Source: a virus
Taxonomy: Duplodnaviria; Caudoviricetes
Length of the DNA: 55,345 nt
Direction: 5' to 3' (one strand)
Virus record (IMG/VR): IMGVR_UViG_3300044971_001115
Location: 1-55,345 of that record
The notes beneath the pieces were generated by a model that ran no database searches, was not told where the DNA came from, and worked only from the letters and a program-made list of their open reading frames with translations. This document shows positions 1 to 7,732 of the stretch, in pieces; within the stretch, counting starts at the first letter, position 1; each line of letters begins with the position of its first letter. A program made the translations under genes and the position numbers.

Positions 1-730
1 CGTGGGTAGTGGGTATGTAGGTGTAGGTAGGCGTGTATGGGTGTGTATAAGTGTGGATAGGCTCTATATGCCCACACGGCCCTCCCTTTTGACTTATCAA
101 TGACCTACCTGGCCTGGGTTAGTACCCTGATTGTGTTTGTATTGGCCCTGGTGGCTGCTTAGGTACTCTTTGTATGCCTGGATAGGGGCCCGGCTCGCTC
201 CTGAGCCCTGCTTAGCCCTTAGTAGCCCCTAAGGGGGCCTAGGTGGGAGAATATTTGCTGCCTATTTGACCCTATAGGCCTGGCTAGGGGCAGCAGTAGG
301 CGAAAAAGGGGTCGGCCTCGGCTCGGGTGGCTGGTTATTCCTGTATATCTCATTGTCTATGTCCCTAGCCATTTCTACCTGCTTTGTGTGTTTCTATCTC
401 TTTCTTTGTTTTGTTCTTTGTTTTAATCTCTACTTCTTTCTCTATTTACTTCTTTATTTAAAACTTTTTCTTTGTTTTCTTTTATCTCTTTCTTATTAAT
501 GTCTTTTTATTGACATATCTTGTCTATCTTTTCCCTTTTTACAAAAGATATTTTTATCGACCTTAACCCCGGTTTAGGAAACAATTATGCAAGTGCTCAA
601 AAACAACAACTGCCGTATGACCGACCAAAAGCACCTAGCGGTCAATATAGCATAGTACGAAAAAAGTGCCACCCCCTCTTTTCAAAAATACAAAATCCGG
701 CTCCACAAATTTTCAAAAAAATCGTCCAGA
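1..730. other. Non-coding, low-complexity, strand-asymmetric region (GT-rich, then CCT/AGG-rich, then T-rich, then A-rich)
   Basis: 1-60 is GT-rich, ~380-545 is mostly T/C tracts and ~545-730 is A-tract rich. No credible ORF. Confidence 0.7.
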
Positions 731-753
731 ACTATACCCTACCAATGTCAAAT

Positions 754-783
754 TTGACACGAAATAGCAAACGCCCCTATTAT
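754..783 (+). promoter_or_regulatory. Sigma70-type promoter upstream of the NlpC/P60 gene
   Basis: TTGACA (754-759), 18-nt spacer, TATTAT (778-783). Confidence 0.55.
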
Positions 784-809
784 GGTCATGTTATCCTTAT
801 AAGACGGAG

Positions 810-846
810 AGCACGTTCTTTCAATAAAAGAAAGGATGTGCTTTTT
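810..846 (+). terminator. Terminator/attenuator-like hairpin in the leader of the NlpC/P60 gene
   Basis: AGCACGTTCTTTC-aataaaa-GAAAGGATGTGCT forms a 13-bp stem (two G-U pairs), followed by TTTT. Confidence 0.55.
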
Positions 847-938
847 CGTATCTGGTAACACATACAACTGAATAGCGAAAACAAGTCAACCAAGACAAAA
901 CACAGCCAAGTACTAACGCAAGGAAAGGTAGGCTGAAT

Positions 939-1544
939 ATGAAATGGCTAATTGGAATAGTCACTGTTGCAATCTCGCTGGGAACACCAGGGTGTACCAC
1001 ACCCCAACCAGCGGTAGCAACACAGTTTGTATTTGCTGAGACGGACACCCCCATACTCAGCGGTGAGATATCTACAAACACCTCTTTGAAGGCTCCAGTA
1101 ATGGGACTCGCAAGTTTGCAAGTTCAACTAAAGGAATCGATAAGAGCAGCTAAGTTAATAGAGAACGCAGCTAAAATCTATGTCGCAGTGGAGAAGCTCA
1201 AAAAGTACTCAGGCAAAACCTGGTACGCATTTGGCGGATCCACCCCACGCGGCTGGGACTGCTCAGGTCTAATTCTTTGGACCTACAAGCAGGCAGGCGT
1301 AACTCTATATCACTTAGCGTCCGTGCAGAGAAACTCAGGCAAAAAGGTTAAGACACCTAAAGTCGGAGATTTAGTATCATTCAGCTACGGACGAGGATAC
1401 ATGGGCCACATTGGCATCTATGTTGGAAATGACAAGTTTATTCACTCTGTCAAACGTGGTGTCCGCACCACCACTGAAAGCGTGAGCAAGTTTGCCAAGA
1501 ACATGGGAGCCAAGGCGGTTTACACCCGCATCCTCCCAAACTAG
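939..1544 (+). CDS. Secreted NlpC/P60 (C40) cell-wall endopeptidase
   Basis: N-terminal hydrophobic signal; GWDCSGL catalytic Cys; GHIGIYVG..FIHS catalytic His residues; purine-rich RBS upstream. Confidence 0.92.
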   Translation: MKWLIGIVTVAISLGTPGCTTPQPAVATQFVFAETDTPILSGEISTNTSLKAPVMGLASLQVQLKESIRAAKLIENAAKIYVAVEKLKKYSGKTWYAFGGSTPRGWDCSGLILWTYKQAGVTLYHLASVQRNSGKKVKTPKVGDLVSFSYGRGYMGHIGIYVGNDKFIHSVKRGVRTTTESVSKFAKNMGAKAVYTRILPN

Positions 1545-1557
1545 CTAAAAGCTACAA

Positions 1558-1712
1558 AGACCTGGCCACGTCTCAAAACTGGCCACCTAAAACCTAATGA
1601 CGACTTTCTAGAATGTGTCGGTCTTAGGGCTATCCAAGTGAGCGATTAAAAACTTGGCGTTGGCAGTGAGGTCTAACCGGGCAACTTGTTAGAGGAAGCA
1701 CGATAAACTGCC
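1558..1712 (+). ncRNA. Candidate structured RNA: hairpin plus three pseudoknot-like units
   Basis: Pairings visible by eye: AGAC/GTCT with GGCCA/TGGCC; CCTAA..GAC/GTC..TTAGG; CCAAGT/ACTTGG; GGCAGT/ACTGCC enclosing TCTAAC/GTTAGA. Confidence 0.45.
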
Positions 1713-1735
1713 CCTTTTATTTCCCCCCGACGTAG

Positions 1736-1744
1736 TGATATAGT
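1736..1744 (+). promoter_or_regulatory. Extended -10 promoter for a probable leaderless ORF
   Basis: TGaTATAGT ends 6 nt before the ATG at 1751; no Shine-Dalgarno. Confidence 0.55.
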
Positions 1745-1750
1745 TAGACC

Positions 1751-1915
1751 ATGCAAAAAGTAATAGACGCCCTTATTCTGATCCCCTACATTTTCTATGC
1801 AGTGGCTCTCGTCTACAGTCTATATGCTATACTGATTCCCCGTACCCCGAAAGAGGAGCTAACCCCTCTCCTCGGTGTAGTCACCCCTCAAGAAGAAAAG
1901 ACACCAATCAAATGA
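1751..1915 (+). CDS. Small single-TM membrane protein, 54 aa (not in the ORF track)
   Basis: Manual translation MQKVIDALILIPYIFYAVALVYSLYAILIPRTPKEEL...; ATGA overlap with the next ORF. Confidence 0.65.
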   Translation: MQKVIDALILIPYIFYAVALVYSLYAILIPRTPKEELTPLLGVVTPQEEKTPIK

Positions 1916-2082
1916 CCAACTTCATCCTCTGGATTCGTTCCTTTCGAATCCTGCCCCTGCTTTCTATACTATTAATAGTGGCGTCCATCGTTCTCGCCCT
2001 ATCCGACTCCGCCACCAAGACAGTCGTCCAAGTCCTAGCACTATCTGCTATCGCCCTAGCCGTTCTTTCGAGTAAAGAGTAG
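1912..2082 (+). CDS. Small two-TM membrane protein, 56 aa (not in the ORF track)
   Basis: Manual translation MTNFILWIRSFRILPLLSILLIVASIVLALSDSATKTVVQVLALSAIALAVLSSKE; translationally coupled by the ATGA overlap. Confidence 0.65.
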   Translation: MTNFILWIRSFRILPLLSILLIVASIVLALSDSATKTVVQVLALSAIALAVLSSKE

Positions 2083-2085
2083 AAA

Positions 2086-2232
2086 ATGTTAATAGCGGTT
2101 CTTATGGCAGTTCTGATAATTGCACTGGTTTCTTTAGCCGTCTTGACAGCACTAGCATTGTTTGTTATATTCATAAGCGGCGGTGACCCGACTTATTATC
2201 TAGACGGCGTCGACCTCGACCCAGATAACTAA
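2086..2232 (+). CDS. Small single-TM membrane protein with acidic tail, 48 aa (not in the ORF track)
   Basis: Manual translation MLIAVLMAVLIIALVSLAVLTALALFVIFISGGDPTYYLDGVDLDPDN; starts 3 nt after the previous stop. Confidence 0.65.
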   Translation: MLIAVLMAVLIIALVSLAVLTALALFVIFISGGDPTYYLDGVDLDPDN

Positions 2233-2258
2233 ATAGAAAGAAGGAAAATAAAATCGAA

Positions 2259-2549
2259 ATGGCAAAAAGTATCCGTATACGAGTAGACAGTGCCGACGAG
2301 CTGCGAGACGTGCTCTACCAATCAGGAGTATTTAATATGTCTGATTGTTCAGTGGAAATTTCATGCAGCATGGAAAACCCGGAAGATGAAGTCAACAAAA
2401 TGTTTGAAATCATCAAGTACGCAATTCACGTTGTTGGCACAAGCTACGTCCCAGACGAGGACATCCACGACTACCGAGTTGTAGTACACGAAGTTACACC
2501 TCCATACATGAAGAAAACTGCCCGCCCAAGAATCCAGGGAAATAACTAA
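2259..2549 (+). CDS. Hypothetical protein
   Basis: 96-aa ORF with AAGGA RBS; fits the operon packing. Confidence 0.7.
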   Translation: MAKSIRIRVDSADELRDVLYQSGVFNMSDCSVEISCSMENPEDEVNKMFEIIKYAIHVVGTSYVPDEDIHDYRVVVHEVTPPYMKKTARPRIQGNN

Positions 2550-2550
2550 C

Positions 2551-2580
2551 TTGACAAACAGAAAGCATAAGCTGTAAAGT
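2551..2580 (+). promoter_or_regulatory. Sigma70-type promoter for a probable leaderless HTH gene
   Basis: TTGACA (2551-2556), 18-nt spacer, TAAAGT (2575-2580); ATG at 2588 is 7 nt downstream. Confidence 0.65.
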
Positions 2581-2587
2581 GATCATT

Positions 2588-3139
2588 ATGACAACGACAA
2601 ACTACGTAAAGAAAAACCAGACCCTTCCAACTCACATTCACGACGAGTTCGAAAACATCGGGAACACAGACGCACGTGATCAGCTCATCCGAGCACTTCG
2701 CGAATCGGGATGGACTCTAGAGTCAATCTCAGAAGCATCTGGCATTACCCGCGAACGCGTTCGCCAGATTGCGAAGATGAAGGACAACGGTTTTCCTATC
2801 CTTGTAGAAATTCCAGACCCTCCAGTAAAGCCAGAGCGTCCAAAGCCTGTTTACGTTGAACCAACCGAAAAGACGCTAGCTCGTCTTCTAGAGTTGCAGC
2901 CATACGCACAGCAGGTCCGCTCGAACGGCAAGAAGTACCGCGAAGAGGCAGAAGAGTATACAGCCCTTCTCAACCACGCTCACACCGTTGAAGGCGTTAC
3001 TCTGTACCGTCTAGCAAAACGTCTCGGCGTAACTCACGGTGCTCTCCGCTTCCGCCTTGTACGCTACGGCTACAAGACTCCAGTTACCGCAACCTCGAAG
3101 GTATACACTCCGATCGTTGACGAGAACCGCGTCAAGTGA
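2588..3139 (+). CDS. Double helix-turn-helix DNA-binding protein (regulator or possible terminase small subunit)
   Basis: Sigma-region-4-like HTH GWTLESISEASGITRERVRQI and a second HTH GVTLYRLAKRLGVTHGALRFRL. Start moved to ATG 2588 on promoter spacing. Confidence 0.75.
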   Translation: MTTTNYVKKNQTLPTHIHDEFENIGNTDARDQLIRALRESGWTLESISEASGITRERVRQIAKMKDNGFPILVEIPDPPVKPERPKPVYVEPTEKTLARLLELQPYAQQVRSNGKKYREEAEEYTALLNHAHTVEGVTLYRLAKRLGVTHGALRFRLVRYGYKTPVTATSKVYTPIVDENRVK

Positions 3140-3426
3140 CGATTGTATATCCTAAACCTCCAAAGCTCTACGATGTAAACGGGCGGTACTACACCGCTGC
3201 AGATATTCGAACTCAGGGCGTTGGAGAGAACTTCACTGTGCTGAACCCGGAGGACGGTTACCGCAAGGATAACCGCCTCTGGTTCGGTCACTGCTCCGAA
3301 TGCGGAGAACGCGTCACCAGCTCTAGCATTGACGGAATACTTTGGAAACATTCAGTGACCCCGCCTAGTGGAAGCCCTACGGCAACTGTTGACGTCAGCT
3401 ACTGCCCTGACGGTCCTATTAACTAG
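3136..3426 (+). CDS. Hypothetical protein, possible Zn-binding
   Basis: GTGA overlap with the upstream gene; CSEC plus distal H and C. Confidence 0.6.
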   Translation: MTIVYPKPPKLYDVNGRYYTAADIRTQGVGENFTVLNPEDGYRKDNRLWFGHCSECGERVTSSSIDGILWKHSVTPPSGSPTATVDVSYCPDGPIN

Positions 3427-3428
3427 GA

Positions 3429-3434
3429 TAGAAT
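3429..3434 (+). promoter_or_regulatory. -10 element for a probable leaderless terminase transcript
   Basis: TAGAAT ends 6 nt before the ATG at 3441. Confidence 0.5.
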
Positions 3435-3440
3435 AGACCA

Positions 3441-4844
3441 ATGGGAAAAAGTATTATGGAGCAGCTCTCACTCCTTCCAGTTGAAGAGCGTGAAGAAGCT
3501 CTAGCAGGTATGGACCCAGAGGTCTTGCTTTGGGACTGGTCCGTTTGGGGCCGTCCAGAGCAGCAAGCTCCATCAGGCGACTGGAACATTTGGCTTGTAC
3601 TAGCAGGTCGTGGTTTCGGTAAGACTCGTCTCGCGTCTGAGTGGGTTCGTGAAGAAGCCAAATACACTAATACTGGCCAACGTCGATTCGGACTTGTTGC
3701 CCGTACTGCCGCAGACGTTCGTGACGTTATCGTTGAAGGTGAGTCGGGAATCCTAAACGTTACCCCTCCTTCCGAGCGTCCACTCTATGAGCCTTCGAAG
3801 CGTCGCCTCACCTGGCCAAACGGGAACACAGCCACACTCTTTACCGCTGACGAACCAGATGGTTTGCGTGGTCCTCAGTTCACCCACGCCTGGGGCGATG
3901 AGATTGCAGCCTGGAGACAGACTCCTGATGCCGCAGGTATGACCGCGTTCGACAACTTACGTGTTGGTACCCGTCTTGGTGCCCACCCAAAGATCCTTGT
4001 TACCACCACCCCGAAGCGTACTCCGCTTCTCTACAAACTTATTGAAGAGTCCATGAAGAGCGAGATTGTAAAAATCACTCGTGGTTCGACCATGGACAAC
4101 GCTGGAAACCTTTCTGGTGCCTATCTAGATACCATGCTCGGCGTTTACGAAGGAACCTCGCTTGCCCGTCAGGAACTTTACGGTGAAATGCTTGAAGCCA
4201 TGGAAGGTGCTCTGTGGACCGAGGAAATGATCGAGCGTGGACGCGAACGTAGTATGCCTCAGTTCACCCCACTACGCTGTATCGGCGTTGACCCTTCGGT
4301 TGCCGAAAACCCTAAAGATGAGTGTGGAATCGTTGTTGTTGGCTCAACTGCCGAGCACGACCTCTACAAGCGTCAAGCCTGGGTCCTCGAAGACGCCTCC
4401 ATCTTAGGTTCTCCGACCGTTTGGGCCCAAAAAGTGGTAGAAATGGCCCGTAAATGGGGCTGTCCAGTGATTGCTGAAGTAAACCAGGGTGGTGCTCTGG
4501 TCCGAAATGCCATTAATACCATCGATCCGACCATTAAAGTGCTAGAAGTTCACTCAAAACAGGGAAAACAGCTCCGTGCAGAGCCAATTACCCTCGCATA
4601 TGAGCAAAATCGTGTCCACCACGTCCACTACCTACCTGATTTAGAGACTCAGATGATTTCTTGGGTTCCAGGTGAGGGAAAGTCCCCTGACCGCGTCGAC
4701 GCATTGGTTCACGCCCTCACTGCCCTACTAATTAAGCCCCCTCTAGGCTTTTCAGGCGGTAAAATCCGTGCAAAGAGCCTTGCAGACCGTAAAATCCCTG
4801 GAATTAACCCATCTAGGGCCGGAGGGATCTTCAGAATCCGATGA
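3441..4844 (+). CDS. terL: Terminase large subunit
   Basis: Walker A AGRGFGKT, LRGPQF, Walker B AWGDE, motif III VTTTP, nuclease IGVDP and SPDRVDALV. Confidence 0.96.
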   Translation: MGKSIMEQLSLLPVEEREEALAGMDPEVLLWDWSVWGRPEQQAPSGDWNIWLVLAGRGFGKTRLASEWVREEAKYTNTGQRRFGLVARTAADVRDVIVEGESGILNVTPPSERPLYEPSKRRLTWPNGNTATLFTADEPDGLRGPQFTHAWGDEIAAWRQTPDAAGMTAFDNLRVGTRLGAHPKILVTTTPKRTPLLYKLIEESMKSEIVKITRGSTMDNAGNLSGAYLDTMLGVYEGTSLARQELYGEMLEAMEGALWTEEMIERGRERSMPQFTPLRCIGVDPSVAENPKDECGIVVVGSTAEHDLYKRQAWVLEDASILGSPTVWAQKVVEMARKWGCPVIAEVNQGGALVRNAINTIDPTIKVLEVHSKQGKQLRAEPITLAYEQNRVHHVHYLPDLETQMISWVPGEGKSPDRVDALVHALTALLIKPPLGFSGGKIRAKSLADRKIPGINPSRAGGIFRIR

Positions 4845-5191
4845 AAATCATTCATGACATCTTTCCAGCCAAGCTTGTTGTTGCTCCAGAGGGCTTAACT
4901 GCGTCTGTTGACGAGCTAACCATCAAACCAGCGACCCGCGGAGCCTATTTGGTCGATGCAGCACGAGTAATCATCACAGATTTGCTTGTTGTAATCGCTC
5001 AAGACTCTCCAGAGGGCCCGAGAATCATTTTTCAAGAGAAATATACATCATTTGTTAAGGGAGATCCAAGCAGAGTTGTAACTGCGAGCGGAAAAATGGT
5101 AGTATACGAGCGTGACAGCAACTGCGGGTGTGGTTCTCGCCTCCGCAGCTGGAATGTTACCCGTACTCTGTACTCGATTCAAGGAGAATAG
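4841..5191 (+). CDS. Hypothetical protein (C-terminal CGCG motif)
   Basis: ATGA overlap with terL; 116 aa. Confidence 0.75.
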   Translation: MKIIHDIFPAKLVVAPEGLTASVDELTIKPATRGAYLVDAARVIITDLLVVIAQDSPEGPRIIFQEKYTSFVKGDPSRVVTASGKMVVYERDSNCGCGSRLRSWNVTRTLYSIQGE

Positions 5192-5481
5192 TGCCAATCG
5201 ACCCGTTTTTCTACCTAATCCTCTGTCTAGGTGCCTATCGAGCAACGCGTTTAGTAACTACCGATGAAATTACCGAGCCAATCCGTAACTGGATCTGGAA
5301 AAAGTGGCCACCGAGCACCAAGTTCGGCTACTTGTTTACTTGCAACTGGTGCACAGGCATGTGGGTATCCACTATGCTTGTAGTAGGTGCCTTGTTGGTC
5401 CCTACAGCCACATATGTGGTATCATTAGTACTGTCCACATCTGCGATTGTTGGTCTAATTTCGGCCCACCTTGATCGCTAA
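5191..5481 (+). CDS. DUF1360-like membrane protein
   Basis: YRATRLVTTDEITEPIR...YLFTCNWCTGMWVS pattern with TM helices. Start reassigned to GTG 5191 behind an AGGAG RBS. Confidence 0.8.
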   Translation: MPIDPFFYLILCLGAYRATRLVTTDEITEPIRNWIWKKWPPSTKFGYLFTCNWCTGMWVSTMLVVGALLVPTATYVVSLVLSTSAIVGLISAHLDR

Positions 5482-5497
5482 TACATAGGAGCTATCC

Positions 5498-7273
5498 TTG
5501 GGAATTTTTAAGAAAAACTCGGAGCCAGAAAAGCAGCGTAGATCCGCTCCTGGCGTTCGTGCGACTGCTCCAAGAACTGCAACCTCGGTAGCCCCTGGTA
5601 TCTCTGTAGACTCTTTTGGTTTGGTCTACGCTGAGCCTGCTGCCTTTGGCACTCCACGTGCTCTTACTGCTGCTGCAGCCCAACTTAAGATTGGTGACAA
5701 GGGCGAGGCCGAACTCTTTAAAGCTCGCCGCCAGTCTGCCTCCTCTAGCTGGCAGACCGAAGCCTGGGAATACTACGACTCAATTGGTGAAGTCAAGTAC
5801 GCCTTCAACCTTGTTGCGTCTGTTGTGTCTCGCATCCGTCTTTATGCTGCAATTGTTGAAGACCCAGCCGAAGCACCAATTCCAGTAGACAAGTCTTCTA
5901 AGATTGACCCGCAGCTTGGAGCCGCAGCTCAGCGTGCCCTTGCTCGCCTAGACAGTGCTTACGGAGGTCAGGCAGGTCTTCTCAAGGACGCTGCTCTGAA
6001 CTTGCAAGTTACTGGTGAATGCCACCTAGTCCAGATTCCAGAGCGAATTGGAACCGGATTGCCAGAGACCTGGGATATCCGTTCTGTTGACGAACTTCAG
6101 ATTGATGCAAAAGGTAACTTCGTTATCCAGCCACGTCGCGAAGTTGGTGGCGGTGTCCCTTCAGCCATGTCCGCTGGTAAGGGTGCAATCCGTCTACCAG
6201 GTGATGCTTTTATTGGCCGTATTTGGAAGGCCCACCCACGCTACTCACAAGAGGCTGACAGCTCGCTACGCGGCCTTTTGGACCTGTGTGCGGAATTGCT
6301 CCTACTGAACCGTACCTTCCGTGCCACGGCCCGTTCTCGCCTCAATGCGGGTGCTTTGTACCTGCCTGATGGTCTTTCGGTTGCAGCTAGCCCAGACCCA
6401 GACTATCCTTACGACGAGGATGGCAACTACAACGAGCAGTATAACCCTGAAGAGGCTGCTGACGACTTCGAAGACCAGCTCATCGACGCGATGACCACTC
6501 CGATTAAGGACGAGGACTCGGCGTCTGCTGTTGTTCCACTTATCATCCGTGGTCCTGCTGAACTTGGCGACAAGATTAAGCAGTTTAAGTTCGAGCGTTC
6601 ATTCGACGCGTCTCTTGTTCAGCGTGCTGACCGCGTGCTTGAGCGAATCATGCAGGGTCTTGATGTCCCTAAGGACATCGTTTCCGGTCTAGCCAACGTT
6701 AAGTACTCAAACGCACTTCAGATTGACGAGTCTCTTTACAAGGCCCACATCGAACCTCTGATGCTTCTGATTGTAGATGCGTTTACTGTTGTCTACCTAC
6801 GCCCTTACCTAATCGCTAACGGCTACCCAGAGGCTGACGTTCGCCGTCTTCACATCTGGTACGACCCAAGCCAGGTTGCTACTCGTAACGACCGTGCGAC
6901 AGATGCAGACGCTGGCTTCGACAAGATGGCTGTTTCTTACGACACATGGCGTCGTGCTCACGGCTTCTCGGACCAGGACGCTCCAACCCCTCAGGAGCTT
7001 GCACTTCGTCTAATCATCAACAAGGGTGCCATCACTCCAGAGCTAACCGAGGCTATGCTTTCGGCCGTAGCTCCAGAGATCATGGAACTTGTTAAAGACG
7101 TGTCTCAGGCAAACAACCCAGCTCCAATGCCTGGTAATATTGAAGATATACTTCAGGGAGGCCAGCCCGGTGCTGCTCCTGGAGCTCCTGTAGCTCCACC
7201 AGTTCCGCTGGCTGAACCTACACCTGCAGCTCCAGCTGCTCCACCTGTTCCACTAGCCGAGCCAGAGGTTTAA
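5498..7273 (+). CDS. Portal protein
   Basis: 591 aa after terL; WQTEAWEYYDSIGEVKY and IWKAHPR..ADS motifs resembling actinophage portals; TTG start with AGGAG RBS; Pro/Ala tail containing APPVPLAEP twice. Confidence 0.88.
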   Translation: MGIFKKNSEPEKQRRSAPGVRATAPRTATSVAPGISVDSFGLVYAEPAAFGTPRALTAAAAQLKIGDKGEAELFKARRQSASSSWQTEAWEYYDSIGEVKYAFNLVASVVSRIRLYAAIVEDPAEAPIPVDKSSKIDPQLGAAAQRALARLDSAYGGQAGLLKDAALNLQVTGECHLVQIPERIGTGLPETWDIRSVDELQIDAKGNFVIQPRREVGGGVPSAMSAGKGAIRLPGDAFIGRIWKAHPRYSQEADSSLRGLLDLCAELLLLNRTFRATARSRLNAGALYLPDGLSVAASPDPDYPYDEDGNYNEQYNPEEAADDFEDQLIDAMTTPIKDEDSASAVVPLIIRGPAELGDKIKQFKFERSFDASLVQRADRVLERIMQGLDVPKDIVSGLANVKYSNALQIDESLYKAHIEPLMLLIVDAFTVVYLRPYLIANGYPEADVRRLHIWYDPSQVATRNDRATDADAGFDKMAVSYDTWRRAHGFSDQDAPTPQELALRLIINKGAITPELTEAMLSAVAPEIMELVKDVSQANNPAPMPGNIEDILQGGQPGAAPGAPVAPPVPLAEPTPAAPAAPPVPLAEPEV

Positions 7274-7276
7274 TAG

Positions 7277-7729
7277 ATGCACGAGAATCATTTAGAACTA
7301 GCAGAGAAACTTTCTCACCTACTTGGTGACGTGGTCACTGTTGCTCACATTACTCAGGGCTACCACTGGAACGTAAAAGGTATCGAGTTCTCTCAGCTGC
7401 ACGAATTCTTTGCAGACATCTACGGAGACATCGACGGTTCAATTGACCCGCTAGCCGAGAACATTCGTAAGATTGGCTACGACAGCCCTTACCTACTTCA
7501 GGACTTCATCGAGCTTGGCTGCATTGACGAGCGTCGCGTAACTGGCAATGCTCAGGAGATGCTTACTTCTCTAGCTCGAATCAATGCCACCGTTATTAAT
7601 TGTCTAACCGGGGCGTTCCACTCTGCCGACGAGTGCGACGAACAGGGTATCGCTGATTTCCTAGCAGGCCGCATTGACATGCACAAGAAGTGGCAGTGGC
7701 AGATCGAATCTAGTCTCGGAATTCGATAA
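7277..7729 (+). CDS. dps: Dps-family mini-ferritin
   Basis: YHWNVKGIEFSQLHEFF, DPLAENIRKIG and HKKWQW motifs; ferroxidase H/H/D/E residues present. Confidence 0.92.
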   Translation: MHENHLELAEKLSHLLGDVVTVAHITQGYHWNVKGIEFSQLHEFFADIYGDIDGSIDPLAENIRKIGYDSPYLLQDFIELGCIDERRVTGNAQEMLTSLARINATVINCLTGAFHSADECDEQGIADFLAGRIDMHKKWQWQIESSLGIR

Positions 7730-7732
7730 GTC

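Noticed and set aside
520-858. 112-aa + strand ORF
   Set aside because: TTG start in low-complexity sequence, no RBS, and it runs across the predicted promoter and hairpin; probably spurious.
1558-1712. tRNA, tmRNA or a known riboswitch (preQ1, ZTP, c-di-AMP)
   Set aside because: No cloverleaf or T-loop, and the consensus motifs I know do not match; kept only as an unassigned structured RNA.
1908-2174. 88-aa minus-strand ORF
   Set aside because: Antisense shadow of the coupled + strand membrane ORFs.
5128-5190. ORF-track 5' extension of the DUF1360-like gene (likewise 35236 for the MCP and 51325 for the fibre)
   Set aside because: Better starts with clear RBS lie downstream (5191, 35293, 51334).
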